From contig OZ024744.1 of the NCBI GenBank assembly GCA_964016885.1, forward strand, positions 136,338,001-136,402,000: 64,000 nt of DNA, written 5' to 3'. Source of the stretch: Eledone cirrhosa. Its lineage: Eukaryota. The notes under the pieces were generated by a model. The model searched no databases. It saw only the letters and a program-made list of their open reading frames with translations, and had not been told where the DNA came from. Shown in pieces: positions 50,101 through 62,100 of this stretch. Made by a program: the position numbers and the translations under genes. The number at the start of each line of letters is the position of its first letter. Positions within the stretch are counted from its first letter, which is position 1.

Positions 50101-53100
50101 TGTAGTGTGTGAGAGAGGAGACTGAGGTGGTATGGACATGTGATGTGTTGAGAGAGAAACTGTGTCTGAGAGAGATAGAATGTAGTGTGTGAGAGGAGAG
50201 ACTGAGGTGGTATGGACATGTGATGAGTTGAGAGAGAAACTGTCTGAGAGGGATAGAATGTAGTGTGCGAGAGAGGAGACTGAGGTGGTATGGACATGTG
50301 AAGTGTTGAGAGAGAAACTGTGTCTGAGAGAGATAGAATGAAGTGTGCGAGAGAGGAGACAGGTGGTATGGACATGTGATGAGTTGAGAGAGAAACTGTG
50401 TCTGAGAGGGATAGAATGTAGTCTGTGAGAGAGGGGACTGAGGTGGTATGGACATGTGATGTGTTGAGAGAGAAACTGTGTCTGAGAGGGATATAATGTA
50501 GTGTGCGAGAGAGGAGACTGAGGTGGTATGGACATGTGATGTGTTGAGAGAGAAACTGTGTCTGAGAGGGATAGAATGTAGTGTGCGAGAGAGGAGACTG
50601 AGGTGGTATGGACATGTGATGTGTTGAGAGAGAAACTGTGTCTGAGAGGGATGGAATGTAGTGTGCGAGAGAGGAGACTGAGGTGGTATGGACATGTGAT
50701 GAGTTGAGAGAGAAACTGTGTCTGAGAGGGATAGAATGTAGTGTAAGAGAGAGGAGACTGAGGTAGTATGGACATGTGATGAGTTGAGAGAGAAACTGTG
50801 TCTGAGAGGGATAGAATGTAGTGTGCGAGAGAGGAGACTGAGGTGGTATGGACATGTGATGTGTTGAGAGAGAAACTGTGTCTGAGAGGGATAGAATGTA
50901 GTGTGCGAGAGAGGAGACTGAGGTGGTATGGACATGTGATGAGTTGAGAGAGAAACTGTGTCTGAGAGGGATAGAATGTAGTGTAAGAGAGAGGAGACTG
51001 AGGTAGTATGGACATGTGATGAGTTGAGAGAGAAACTGTGTCTGAGAGGGATAGAATGTAGTGTGCGAGAGAGGAGACTGAGATGGTATGGACATGTGAT
51101 GTGTTGAGAGAGAAACTGTGTCTGAGAGGGATAGAATGTAGTGTGCGAGAGAGGAGACTGAGGTGGTATGGACATGTGATGACTTGAGAGAGAAACTGTC
51201 TGACAGGGATAGAATGTAGTGTGCGAGAGGGGAGACTGAGGTAGTATAGACATGTGATGAATTGAGAGAGAAACTGTGTCTGAGAGGGATAGAATGTAGT
51301 GTGCGAAAGAGGAGACTGAGGTGGTATGGACATGTGATGAGTTGAGAGAGAAACTGTGTCTGAGAGAGATAGAATGTAGTGTGTGAGAGAGGAGACTGAG
51401 GTGGTATGGACATGTGATGTGTTGAGAGAGAAACTGTGTCTGAGAGAGATAGAATGTAGTGTGTGAGAGGGGAGACTGAGGTGGTATGGACATGTGATGA
51501 GTTGAGAGAGAAACTGTCTGAGAGGGATAGAATGTAGTGTGCGAGAGAGGAGACTGAGGTGGTATGGACATGTGAAGTGTTGAGAGAGAAACTGTGTCTG
51601 AGAGTGATAGAATGTAGTGTAAGAGAGAGGAGACTGAGGTGGTATGGACATGTGATGAGTTGAGAGAGAAACTGTGTCTGAGAGGGATAGAATATAGTGT
51701 GCGAGAGGAGGAGACTGAGGTGGTATGGACATGTGATGTGTTGAGAGAGAAACTGTGTCCGAGAGTGATAGAATGTAGTGTAAGAGAGAGGAGACTGAGG
51801 TGGTATGGACATGTGATGAGTTGAGAGAGAAACTGTGTCTGATAGGGATAGAATATAGTGTGCGAGAGGAGGAGACTGAGGTGGTATGGACATGTGATGT
51901 GTTGAGAGAGAAACTGTCTGAGAGGGATAGAATGTAGTGTGTGAGAGAAGAGACTGAGGTGGTATGGACATGTGATGTGTTGAGAGAGAAACTGTGTCTG
52001 AGAGGGATAGAATGTAGTGTGCGAGAGAGGAGACTGAGGTGGTATGTACATGTGATGACTTGAGAGAGAAACTGTGTCTGAGAGAGATAGAATGTAGTGT
52101 ACGAGAGAGGAGACTGAGGTGGTATGTACATGTGATGAATTGAGAGAGAAACTGTGTCTGAGAGAGATAGAATGTAGTGTGCGAGAGAGGAGACTGAGGT
52201 GGTATGGACATGTGATGTGTTGAGAGAGAAACTGTGTCTGAGAGGGATAGAATGTAGTGTACGGGAGAGGAGACAGGTGGTATGGACATGTGATGAGTTG
52301 AAAGAGAAACTGTGTCTGAGAGGGATAGAATGTAGTGTGCGAGAGAGGAGACTGAGGTGGTATGAACATGTGATGAGTTGAAAGAGAAACTGTGTCTGAG
52401 AGGGATAGAATGTAGTGTGTGAGAGAGGAGACAGGTGGTATGGACATGTGATGAGTTGAGAGAGAAACTCTGTCTGAGAGGGATAGAATGTAGTGTGCGA
52501 GAGAGGAGACTGAGGTGGTATGAACATGTGATGAGTTGAAAGAGAAACTGTGTCTGAGAGGGATAGAATGTAGTGTGTGAGAGAGGAGACAGGTGGTATG
52601 GACATGTGATGAGTTGAGAGAGAAACTGTGTCTGAGAGGGATAGAATGTAGTGTGCGAGAGAGGAGACGGAGGTGGTATGGACATGTGATGAGTTGAGAG
52701 AGAAACTGTGTCTGAGAGGGATAGAATGTAGTGTACGGGAGAGGAGACAGGTGGTATGAACATGTGATGAGTTGAGAAACTGTGTCTGAGAGGGATAGAA
52801 TGTAGTGTAAGAGAGAGGAGACTGAGGTAGTATGGACATGTGATGAGTTGAGAGAGAAACTCTGTCTGAGAGGGATCGAATGTAGTGTGCGAGAGAGGAG
52901 ACTGAGGTGGTATGAACATGTGATGAGTTGAGAGAGAAACTGTGTCTGAGAGGGATAGAATGTAGTGTACGGGAGAGGAGACAGGTGGTATGAACATGTG
53001 ATGAGTTGAGAAACTGTGTCTGAGAGGGATAGAATGTAGTGTGCGAGAAAGGAGACTGAGGTGGTATGGACATGTGATGACTTGAGAGAGAAACTGTGTC

Positions 53101-56100
53101 TGAGAGAGATAGAATGTAGTGTGTGAGAGAGGAGACTGAGGTGGTATGGACATGTGATGTGTTGTGAGAGAAACTGTGTCTGAGAGAGATAGAATGTAGT
53201 GTGTGAGAGGGGAGACTGAGGTGGTATAGACATGTGATGAGTTGAGAGAGAAACTGTGACTGAGAGGGATAGAATGTGGTGTGCGAGAGAGGAGACTGAG
53301 GTGGTATGGACATGTGATGTGTTGAGAGAGAAACCGTGTCTGAGAGGGATAGAATGTAGTGTGCGAGAGAGGAGACTGAGGTGCTATGGACATGTGATGT
53401 GTCGAGAGAGAAACTGTGTCTGAGAGGGATATAATGTAGTGTGCGAGAGAGGAGACTGAGGTGGTATGGACATGTGATGTGTTGAGAGAGAAACTGTGTC
53501 TGAGAGGGATATAATGTAGTGTGCGAGAGAGGAGACTGAGGTGGTATGGACATGTGATGTGTTGAGAGAGAAACTGTGTCTGAGAGGGATAGAATGTAGT
53601 GTACGGGAGAGGAGACAGGTGGTATGAACATGTGATGAGTTGAGAGAGAAACTGTGTCTGAGAGGGATAGAATGTAGTGTGCGAGAGAGGAGACTGAGGT
53701 GGTATGGACATGTGATGAGTTGAGAGAGAAACTGTGTCTGAGAGAGATAGAATGTAGTGTGTGAGAGAGGAGACTGAGGTGGTATGGACATGTGATGTGT
53801 TGAGAGAGAAACTGTGTCTGAGAGAGATAGAATGTAGTGTGTGAGAGGAGAGACTGAGGTGGTATGGACATGTGATGAGTTGAGAGAGAAACTGTCTGAG
53901 AGGGATAGAATGTAGTGTGCGAGAGAGGAGACTGAGGTGGTATGGACATGTGAAGTGTTGAGAGAGAAACTGTGTCTGAGAGAGATAGAATGTAGTGTGT
54001 GAGAGAGGAGACTGAGGTGGTATGGACATGTGATGTGTTGAGAGAGAAACTGTGTCTGAGAGGGATAGAATGTAGTGTGCGAGAGAGGAGACTGAGGTGG
54101 TATGGACATGTGATGAGTTGAGAGAGAAACTGTGTCTGAGAGGGATAGAATGTAGTGTAAGAGAGAGGAGACTGAGGTAGTATGGACATGTGATGAGTTG
54201 AGAGAGAAACTGTGTCTGAGAGGGATAGAATGTAGTGTGCGAGAGAGGAGACTGAGGTGGTATGGACATGTGATGTGTTGAGAGAGAAACTGTGTCTGAG
54301 AGGGATAGAATGTAGTGTGCGAGAGAGGAGACTGAGGTGGTATGGACATGTGATGAGTTGAGAGAGAAACTGTGTCTGAGAGGGATAGAATGTAGTGTAA
54401 GAGAGAGGAGACTGAGGTAGTATGGACATGTGATGAGTTGAGAGAGAAACTGTGTCTGAGAGGGATAGAATGTAGTGTGCGGGAGAGGAGACTGAGGTGG
54501 TATGGACATGTGATGTGTTGAGAGAGAAACTGTGTCTGAGAGGGATAGAATGTAGTGTGCGAGAGAGGAGACTGAGGTGGTATGGACATGTGATGACTTG
54601 AGAGAGAAACTGTCTGACAGGGATAGAATGTAGTGTGCGAGAGGGGAGACTGAGGTAGTATAGACATGTGATGAATTGAGAGAGAAACTGTGTCTGAGAG
54701 GGATAGAATGTAGTGTGCGAAAGAGGAGACTGAGGTGGTATGGACATGTGATGAGTTGAGAGAGAAACTGTGTCTGAGAGAGATAGAATGTAGTGTGTGA
54801 GAGAGGAGACTGAGGTGGTATGGACATGTGATGTGTTGAGAGAGAAACTGTGTCTGAGAGAGATAGAATGTAGTGTACTTTGTGAGTGGGGAGACTGAGG
54901 TGGTATGGACATGTGATGAGTTGAGAGAGAAACTGTCTGAGAGGGATAGAATGTAGTGTGCGAGAGAGGAGACTGAGGTGGTATGGACATGTGAAGTGTT
55001 GAGAGAGAAACTGTGTCTGAGAGTGATAGAATGTAGTGTAAGAGAGAGGAGACTGAGGTGGTATGGACATGTGATGAGTTGAGAGAGAAACTGTGTCTGA
55101 GAGGGATAGAATATAGTGTGCGAGAGGAGGAGACTGAGGTGGTATGGACATGTGATGTGTTGAGAGAGAAACTGTGTCCGAGAGTGATAGAATGTAGTGT
55201 AAGAGAGAGGAGACTGAGGTGGTATGGACATGTGATGAGTTGAGAGAGAAACTGTGTCTGATAGGGATAGAATATAGTGTGCGAGAGGAGGAGACTGAGG
55301 TGGTATGGACATGTGATGTGTTGAGAGAGAAACTGTCTGAGAGGGATAGAATGTAGTGTGTGAGAGAAGAGACTGAGGTGGTATGGACATGTGATGTGTT
55401 GAGAGAGAAACTGTGTCTGAGAGGGATAGAATGTAGTGTGCGAGAGAGGAGACTGGTGGTATGGACATGTGATGAGTTGAGAGAGAAACTGTGTCTAAGA
55501 GGGATAGAATGTAGTGTGCGAGAGAGGAGACTGAGGTGGTATGTACATGTGATGACTTGAGAGAGAAACTGTCTGAGACGGATAGAATGTAGTGTGCGAG
55601 AGGGGAGACTGAGGTGGTATGGACATGTGATGAGTTGAGAGAGAAACTGTGTCTGAGATGGATAGAATGTAGTGTACGAGAGAGGAGACTGAGGTGGTAT
55701 GTACATGTGATGAATTGAGAGAGAAACTGTGTCTGAGAGAGATAGAATGTAGTGTGCGAGAGAGGAGACTGAGGTGGTATGGACATGTGATGTGTTGAGA
55801 GAGAAACTGTGTCTGAGAGGGATAGAATGTAGTGTACGGGAGAGGAGACAGGTGGTATGGACATGTGATGAGTTGAGAGAGAAACTGTGTCTGAGAGGGA
55901 TAGAATGTAGTGTGCGAGAGAGGAGACTGAGGTGGTATGGACATGTGATGAGTTGAGAGAGAAACTGTGTCTGAGAGAGATAGAATGTAGTGTGTGAGAG
56001 AGGAGACTGAGGTGGTATGGACATGTGATGTGTTGAGAGAGAAACTGTGTCTGAGAGAGATAGAATGTAGTGTGTGAGAGGAGAGACTGAGGTGGTATGG

Positions 56101-59100
56101 ACATGTGATGAGTTGAGAGAGAAACTGTCTGAGAGGGATAGAATGTAGTGTGCGAGAGAGGAGACTGAGGTGGTATGGACATGTGAAGTGTTGAGAGAGA
56201 AACTGTGTCTGAGAGAGATAGAATGTAGTGTGTGAGAGAGGAGACTGAGGTGGTATGGACATGTGATGTGTTGAGAGAGAAACTGTGTCTGAGAGGGATA
56301 GAATGTAGTGTGCGAGAGAGGAGACTGAGGTGGTATGGACATGTGATGAGTTGAGAGAGAAACTGTGTCTGAGAGGGATAGAATGTAGTGTAAGAGAGAG
56401 GAGACTGAGGTAGTATGGACATGTGATGAGTTGAGAGAGAAACTGTGTCTGAGAGGGATAGAATGTAGTGTGCGAGAGAGGAGACTGAGGTGGTATGGAC
56501 ATGTGATGTGTTGAGAGAGAAACTGTGTCTGAGAGGGATAGAATGTAGTGTGCGAGAGAGGAGACTGAGGTGGTATGGACATGTGATGAGTTGAGAGAGA
56601 AACTGTGTCTGAGAGGGATAGAATGTAGTGTAAGAGAGAGGAGACTGAGGTAGTATGGACATGTGATGAGTTGAGAGAGAAACTGTGTCTGAGAGGGATA
56701 GAATGTAGTGTGCGGGAGAGGAGACTGAGGTGGTATGGACATGTGATGTGTTGAGAGAGAAACTGTGTCTGAGAGGGATAGAATGTAGTGTGCGAGAGAG
56801 GAGACTGAGGTGGTATGGACATGTGATGACTTGAGAGAGAAACTGTCTGACAGGGATAGAATGTAGTGTGCGAGAGGGGAGACTGAGGTAGTATAGACAT
56901 GTGATGAATTGAGAGAGAAACTGTGTCTGAGAGGGATAGAATGTAGTGTGCGAAAGAGGAGACTGAGGTGGTATGGACATGTGATGAGTTGAGAGAGAAA
57001 CTGTGTCTGAGAGAGATAGAATGTAGTGTGTGAGAGAGGAGACTGAGGTGGTATGGACATGTGATGTGTTGAGAGAGAAACTGTGTCTGAGAGAGATAGA
57101 ATGTAGTGTACTTTGTGAGTGGGGAGACTGAGGTGGTATGGACATGTGATGAGTTGAGAGAGAAACTGTCTGAGAGGGATAGAATGTAGTGTGCGAGAGA
57201 GGAGACTGAGGTGGTATGGACATGTGAAGTGTTGAGAGAGAAACTGTGTCTGAGAGTGATAGAATGTAGTGTAAGAGAGAGGAGACTGAGGTGGTATGGA
57301 CATGTGATGAGTTGAGAGAGAAACTGTGTCTGAGAGGGATAGAATATAGTGTGCGAGAGGAGGAGACTGAGGTGGTATGGACATGTGATGTGTTGAGAGA
57401 GAAACTGTGTCCGAGAGTGATAGAATGTAGTGTAAGAGAGAGGAGACTGAGGTGGTATGGACATGTGATGAGTTGAGAGAGAAACTGTGTCTGATAGGGA
57501 TAGAATATAGTGTGCGAGAGGAGGAGACTGAGGTGGTATGGACATGTGATGTGTTGAGAGAGAAACTGTCTGAGAGGGATAGAATGTAGTGTGTGAGAGA
57601 AGAGACTGAGGTGGTATGGACATGTGATGTGTTGAGAGAGAAACTGTGTCTGAGAGGGATAGAATGTAGTGTGCGAGAGAGGAGACTGGTGGTATGGACA
57701 TGTGATGAGTTGAGAGAGAAACTGTGTCTAAGAGGGATAGAATGTAGTGTGCGAGAGAGGAGACTGAGGTGGTATGTACATGTGATGACTTGAGAGAGAA
57801 ACTGTCTGAGACGGATAGAATGTAGTGTGCGAGAGGGGAGACTGAGGTGGTATGGACATGTGATGAGTTGAGAGAGAAACTGTGTCTGAGATGGATAGAA
57901 TGTAGTGTACGAGAGAGGAGACTGAGGTGGTATGTACATGTGATGAATTGAGAGAGAAACTGTGTCTGAGAGAGATAGAATGTAGTGTGCGAGAGAGGAG
58001 ACTGAGGTGGTATGGACATGTGATGTGTTGAGAGAGAAACTGTGTCTGAGAGGGATAGAATGTAGTGTACGGGAGAGGAGACAGGTGGTATGGACATGTG
58101 ATGAGTTGAAAGAGAAACTGTGTCTGAGAGGGATAGAATGTAGTGTGCGAGAGAGGAGACTGAGGTGGTATGAACATGTGATGAGTTGAAAGAGAAACTG
58201 TGTCTGAGAGGGATAGAATGTAGTGTGTGAGAGAGGAGACAGGTGGTATGGACATGTGATGAGTTGAGAGAGAAACTGTGTCTGAGAGGGATAGAATGTA
58301 GTGTGCGAGAGAGGAGACTGAGGTGGTATGGACATGTGATGAGTTGAGAGAGAAACTGTGTCTGAGAGGGATAGAATGTAGTGTGCGAGAGAGGAGACGG
58401 AGGTGGTATGGACATGTGATGAGTTGAGAGAGAAACTGTGTCTGAGAGGGATAGAATGTAGTGTACGGGAGAGGAGACAGGTGGTATGAACATGTGATGA
58501 GTTGAGAAACTGTGTCTGAGAGGGATAGAATGTAGTGTGCGAGAGAGGAGACTGAGGTGGTATGGACATGTGATGACTTGAGAGAGAAACTGTGTCTGAG
58601 AGAGATAGAATGTAGTGTGTGAGAGAGGAGACTGAGGTGGTATGGACATGTGATGTGTTGTGAGAGAAACTGTGTCTGAGAGAGATAGAATGTAGTGTGT
58701 GAGAGGGGAGACTGAGGTGGTATAGACATGTGATGAGTTGAGAGAGAAACTGTGACTGAGAGGGATAGAATGTGGTGTGCGAGAGAGGAGACTGAGGTGG
58801 TATGGACATGTGATGTGTTGAGAGAGAAACCGTGTCTGAGAGGGATAGAATGTAGTGTGCGAGAGAGGAGACTGAGGTGCTATGGACATGTGATGTGTCG
58901 AGAGAGAAACTGTGTCTGAGAGGGATATAATGTAGTGTGCGAGAGAGGAGACTGAGGTGGTATGGACATGTGATGTGTTGAGAGAGAAACTGTGTCTGAG
59001 AGGGATAGAATGTAGTGTGCGAGAGAGGAAACTGAGGTGGTATGGACATGTGATGAGTTGAGAGAGAAACTGTCTGAGAGGGATAGAATGTAGTGTGCGA

Positions 59101-62100
59101 GAGAGGAGACTGAGGTGGTATGGACATGTGATGTGTTGAGAGAGAAACTGTGTCTGAGAGGGATAGAATGTAGTGTGCGAGAGAGGAGACTGAGGTGGTA
59201 TGGACATGTGATGACTTGAGAGAGAAACTGTGTCTGAGAGGGATAGAATGTAGTGTGCGAGAGAGGAAACTGAGGTGGTATGGACATGTGATGAGTTGAG
59301 AGAGAAACTGTCTGAGAGGGATAGAATGTAGTGTGCGAGAGAGGAGACTGAGGTGGTATGGACATGTGATGTGTTGAGAGAGAAACTGTGTCTGAGAGGG
59401 ATAGAATGTAGTGTGCGAGAGAGGAGACTGAGGTGGTATGGACATGTGATGACTTGAGAGAGAAACTGTCTGAGAGGGATAGAATGTAGTGTGCGAGAGG
59501 GGAGACTGAGGTAGTATAGACATGTGATGAATTGAGAGAGAAACTGTGTCTGAGAGGGATAGAATGTAGTGTACGGGAGAGGAGACAGGTGGTATGAACA
59601 TGTGATGAGTTGAGAGAGAAACTGTGTCTGAGAGGGATAGAATGTAGTGTGCGAGAGAGGAGACTGAGGTGGTATGGACATGTGATGAGTTGAGAGAGAA
59701 ACTGTGTCTGAGAGAGATAGAATGTAGTGTGTGAGAGAAGAGACTGAGGTGGTATGGACATGTGATGTGTTGAGAGAGAAACTGTGTCTGAGAGAGATAG
59801 AATGTAGTGTGTGAGAGGGGAGACTGAGGTGGTATGGACATGTGATGAGTTGAGAGAGAAACTGTCTGAGAGGGATAGAATGTAGTGTGCGAGAGAGGAG
59901 ACTGAGGTGGTATGGACATGTGAAGTGTTGAGAGAGAAACTGTGTCTGAGAGAGATAGAATGTAGTGTGTGAGAGAGGAGACTGAGGTGGTATGGACATG
60001 TGATGTGTTGTGAGAGAAACTGTGTCTGAGAGAGATAGAATGTAGTGTGTGAGAGGGGAGACTGAGGTGGTATAGACATGTGATGAGTTGAGAGAGAAAC
60101 TGTGACTGAGAGGGATAGAATGTGGTGTGCGAGAGAGGAGACTGAGGTGGTATGGACATGTGATGTGTTGAGAGAGAAACCGTGTCTGTGAGGGATAGAA
60201 TGTAGTGTGCGAGAGAGGAGACTGAGGTGCTATGGACATGTGATGTGTCGAGAGAGAGACTGTGTTTGAGAGGGATATAATGTAGTGTGCGAGAGAGGAG
60301 ACTGAGGTGGTATGGACATGTGATGTGTTGAGAGAGAAACTGTGTCTGAGAGGGATATAATGTAGTGTGCGAGAGAGGAGACTGAGGTGGTATGGACATG
60401 TGATGTGTTGAGAGAGAAACTGTGTCTGAGAGGGATAGAATGTAGTGTGCGAGAGAGGAGACTGAGGTGGTATGGACATGTGATGAGTTGAGAGAGAAAC
60501 TGTCTGAGAGGGATAGAATGTAGTGTGCGAGAGAGGAGACTGAGGTGGTATGGACATGTGATGTGTTGAGAGAGAAACTGTGTCTGAGAGGGATAGAATG
60601 TAGTGTGCGAGAGAGGAGACTGAGGTGGTATGGACATGTGATGACTTGAGAGAGAAACTGTCTGAGACGGATAGAATGTAGTGTGCGAGAGGGGAGACTG
60701 AGGTGGTATGGACATGTGATGAGTTGAGAGAGAAACTGTGTCTGAGATGGATAGAATGTAGTGTACGAGAGAGGAGACTGAGGTGGTATGTACATGTGAT
60801 GAATTGAGAGAGAAACTGTGTCTGAGAGAGATAGAATGTAGTGTGCGAGAGAGGAGACTGAGGTGGTATGGACATGTGATGTGTTGAGAGAGAAACTGTG
60901 TCTGAGAGGGATAGAATGTAGTGTACGGGAGAGGAGACAGGTGGTATGGACATGTGATGAGTTGAAAGAGAAACTGTGTCTGAGAGGGATAGAATGTAGT
61001 GTGCGAGAGAGGAGACTGAGGTGGTATGAACATGTGATGAGTTGAAAGAGAAACTGTGTCTGAGAGGGATAGAATGTAGTGTGTGAGAGAGGAGACAGGT
61101 GGTATGGACATGTGATGAGTTGAGAGAGAAACTGTGTCTGAGAGGGATAGAATGTAGTGTGCGAGAGAGGAGACTGAGGTGGTATGGACATGTGATGAGT
61201 TGAGAGAGAAACTGTGTCTGAGAGGGATAGAATGTAGTGTGCGAGAGAGGAGACGGAGGTGGTATGGACATGTGATGAGTTGAGAGAGAAACTGTGTCTG
61301 AGAGGGATAGAATGTAGTGTACGGGAGAGGAGACAGGTGGTATGAACATGTGATGAGTTGAGAAACTGTGTCTGAGAGGGATAGAATGTAGTGTGCGAGA
61401 GAGGAGACTGAGGTGGTATGGACATGTGATGACTTGAGAGAGAAACTGTGTCTGAGAGGGATATAATGTAGTGTGCGAGAGAGGAGACTGAGGTGGTATG
61501 GACATGTGATGTGTTGAGAGAGAAACTGTGTCTGAGAGGGATAGAATGTAGTGTGCGAGAGAGGAAACTGAGGTGGTATGGACATGTGATGAGTTGAGAG
61601 AGAAACTGTCTGAGAGGGATAGAATGTAGTGTGCGAGAGAGGAGACTGAGGTGGTATGGACATGTGATGTGTTGAGAGAGAAACTGTGTCTGAGAGGGAT
61701 AGAATGTAGTGTGCGAGAGAGGAGACTGAGGTGGTATGGACATGTGATGACTTGAGAGAGAAACTGTGTCTGAGAGGGATAGAATGTAGTGTGCGAGAGA
61801 GGAAACTGAGGTGGTATGGACATGTGATGAGTTGAGAGAGAAACTGTCTGAGAGGGATAGAATGTAGTGTGCGAGAGAGGAGACTGAGGTGGTATGGACA
61901 TGTGATGTGTTGAGAGAGAAACTGTGTCTGAGAGGGATAGAATGTAGTGTGCGAGAGAGGAGACTGAGGTGGTATGGACATGTGATGACTTGAGAGAGAA
62001 ACTGTCTGAGAGGGATAGAATGTAGTGTGCGAGAGGGGAGACTGAGGTAGTATAGACATGTGATGAATTGAGAGAGAAACTGTGTCTGAGAGGGATAGAA

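Noticed and set aside
1821-61045. Many 60-66 aa + strand ORFs (MVWTCD...RLRWY.HVMS)
   Set aside because: They arise where 78- or 81-bp variant monomers transiently keep the frame. They reflect the inferred LINE ancestry, not genes.
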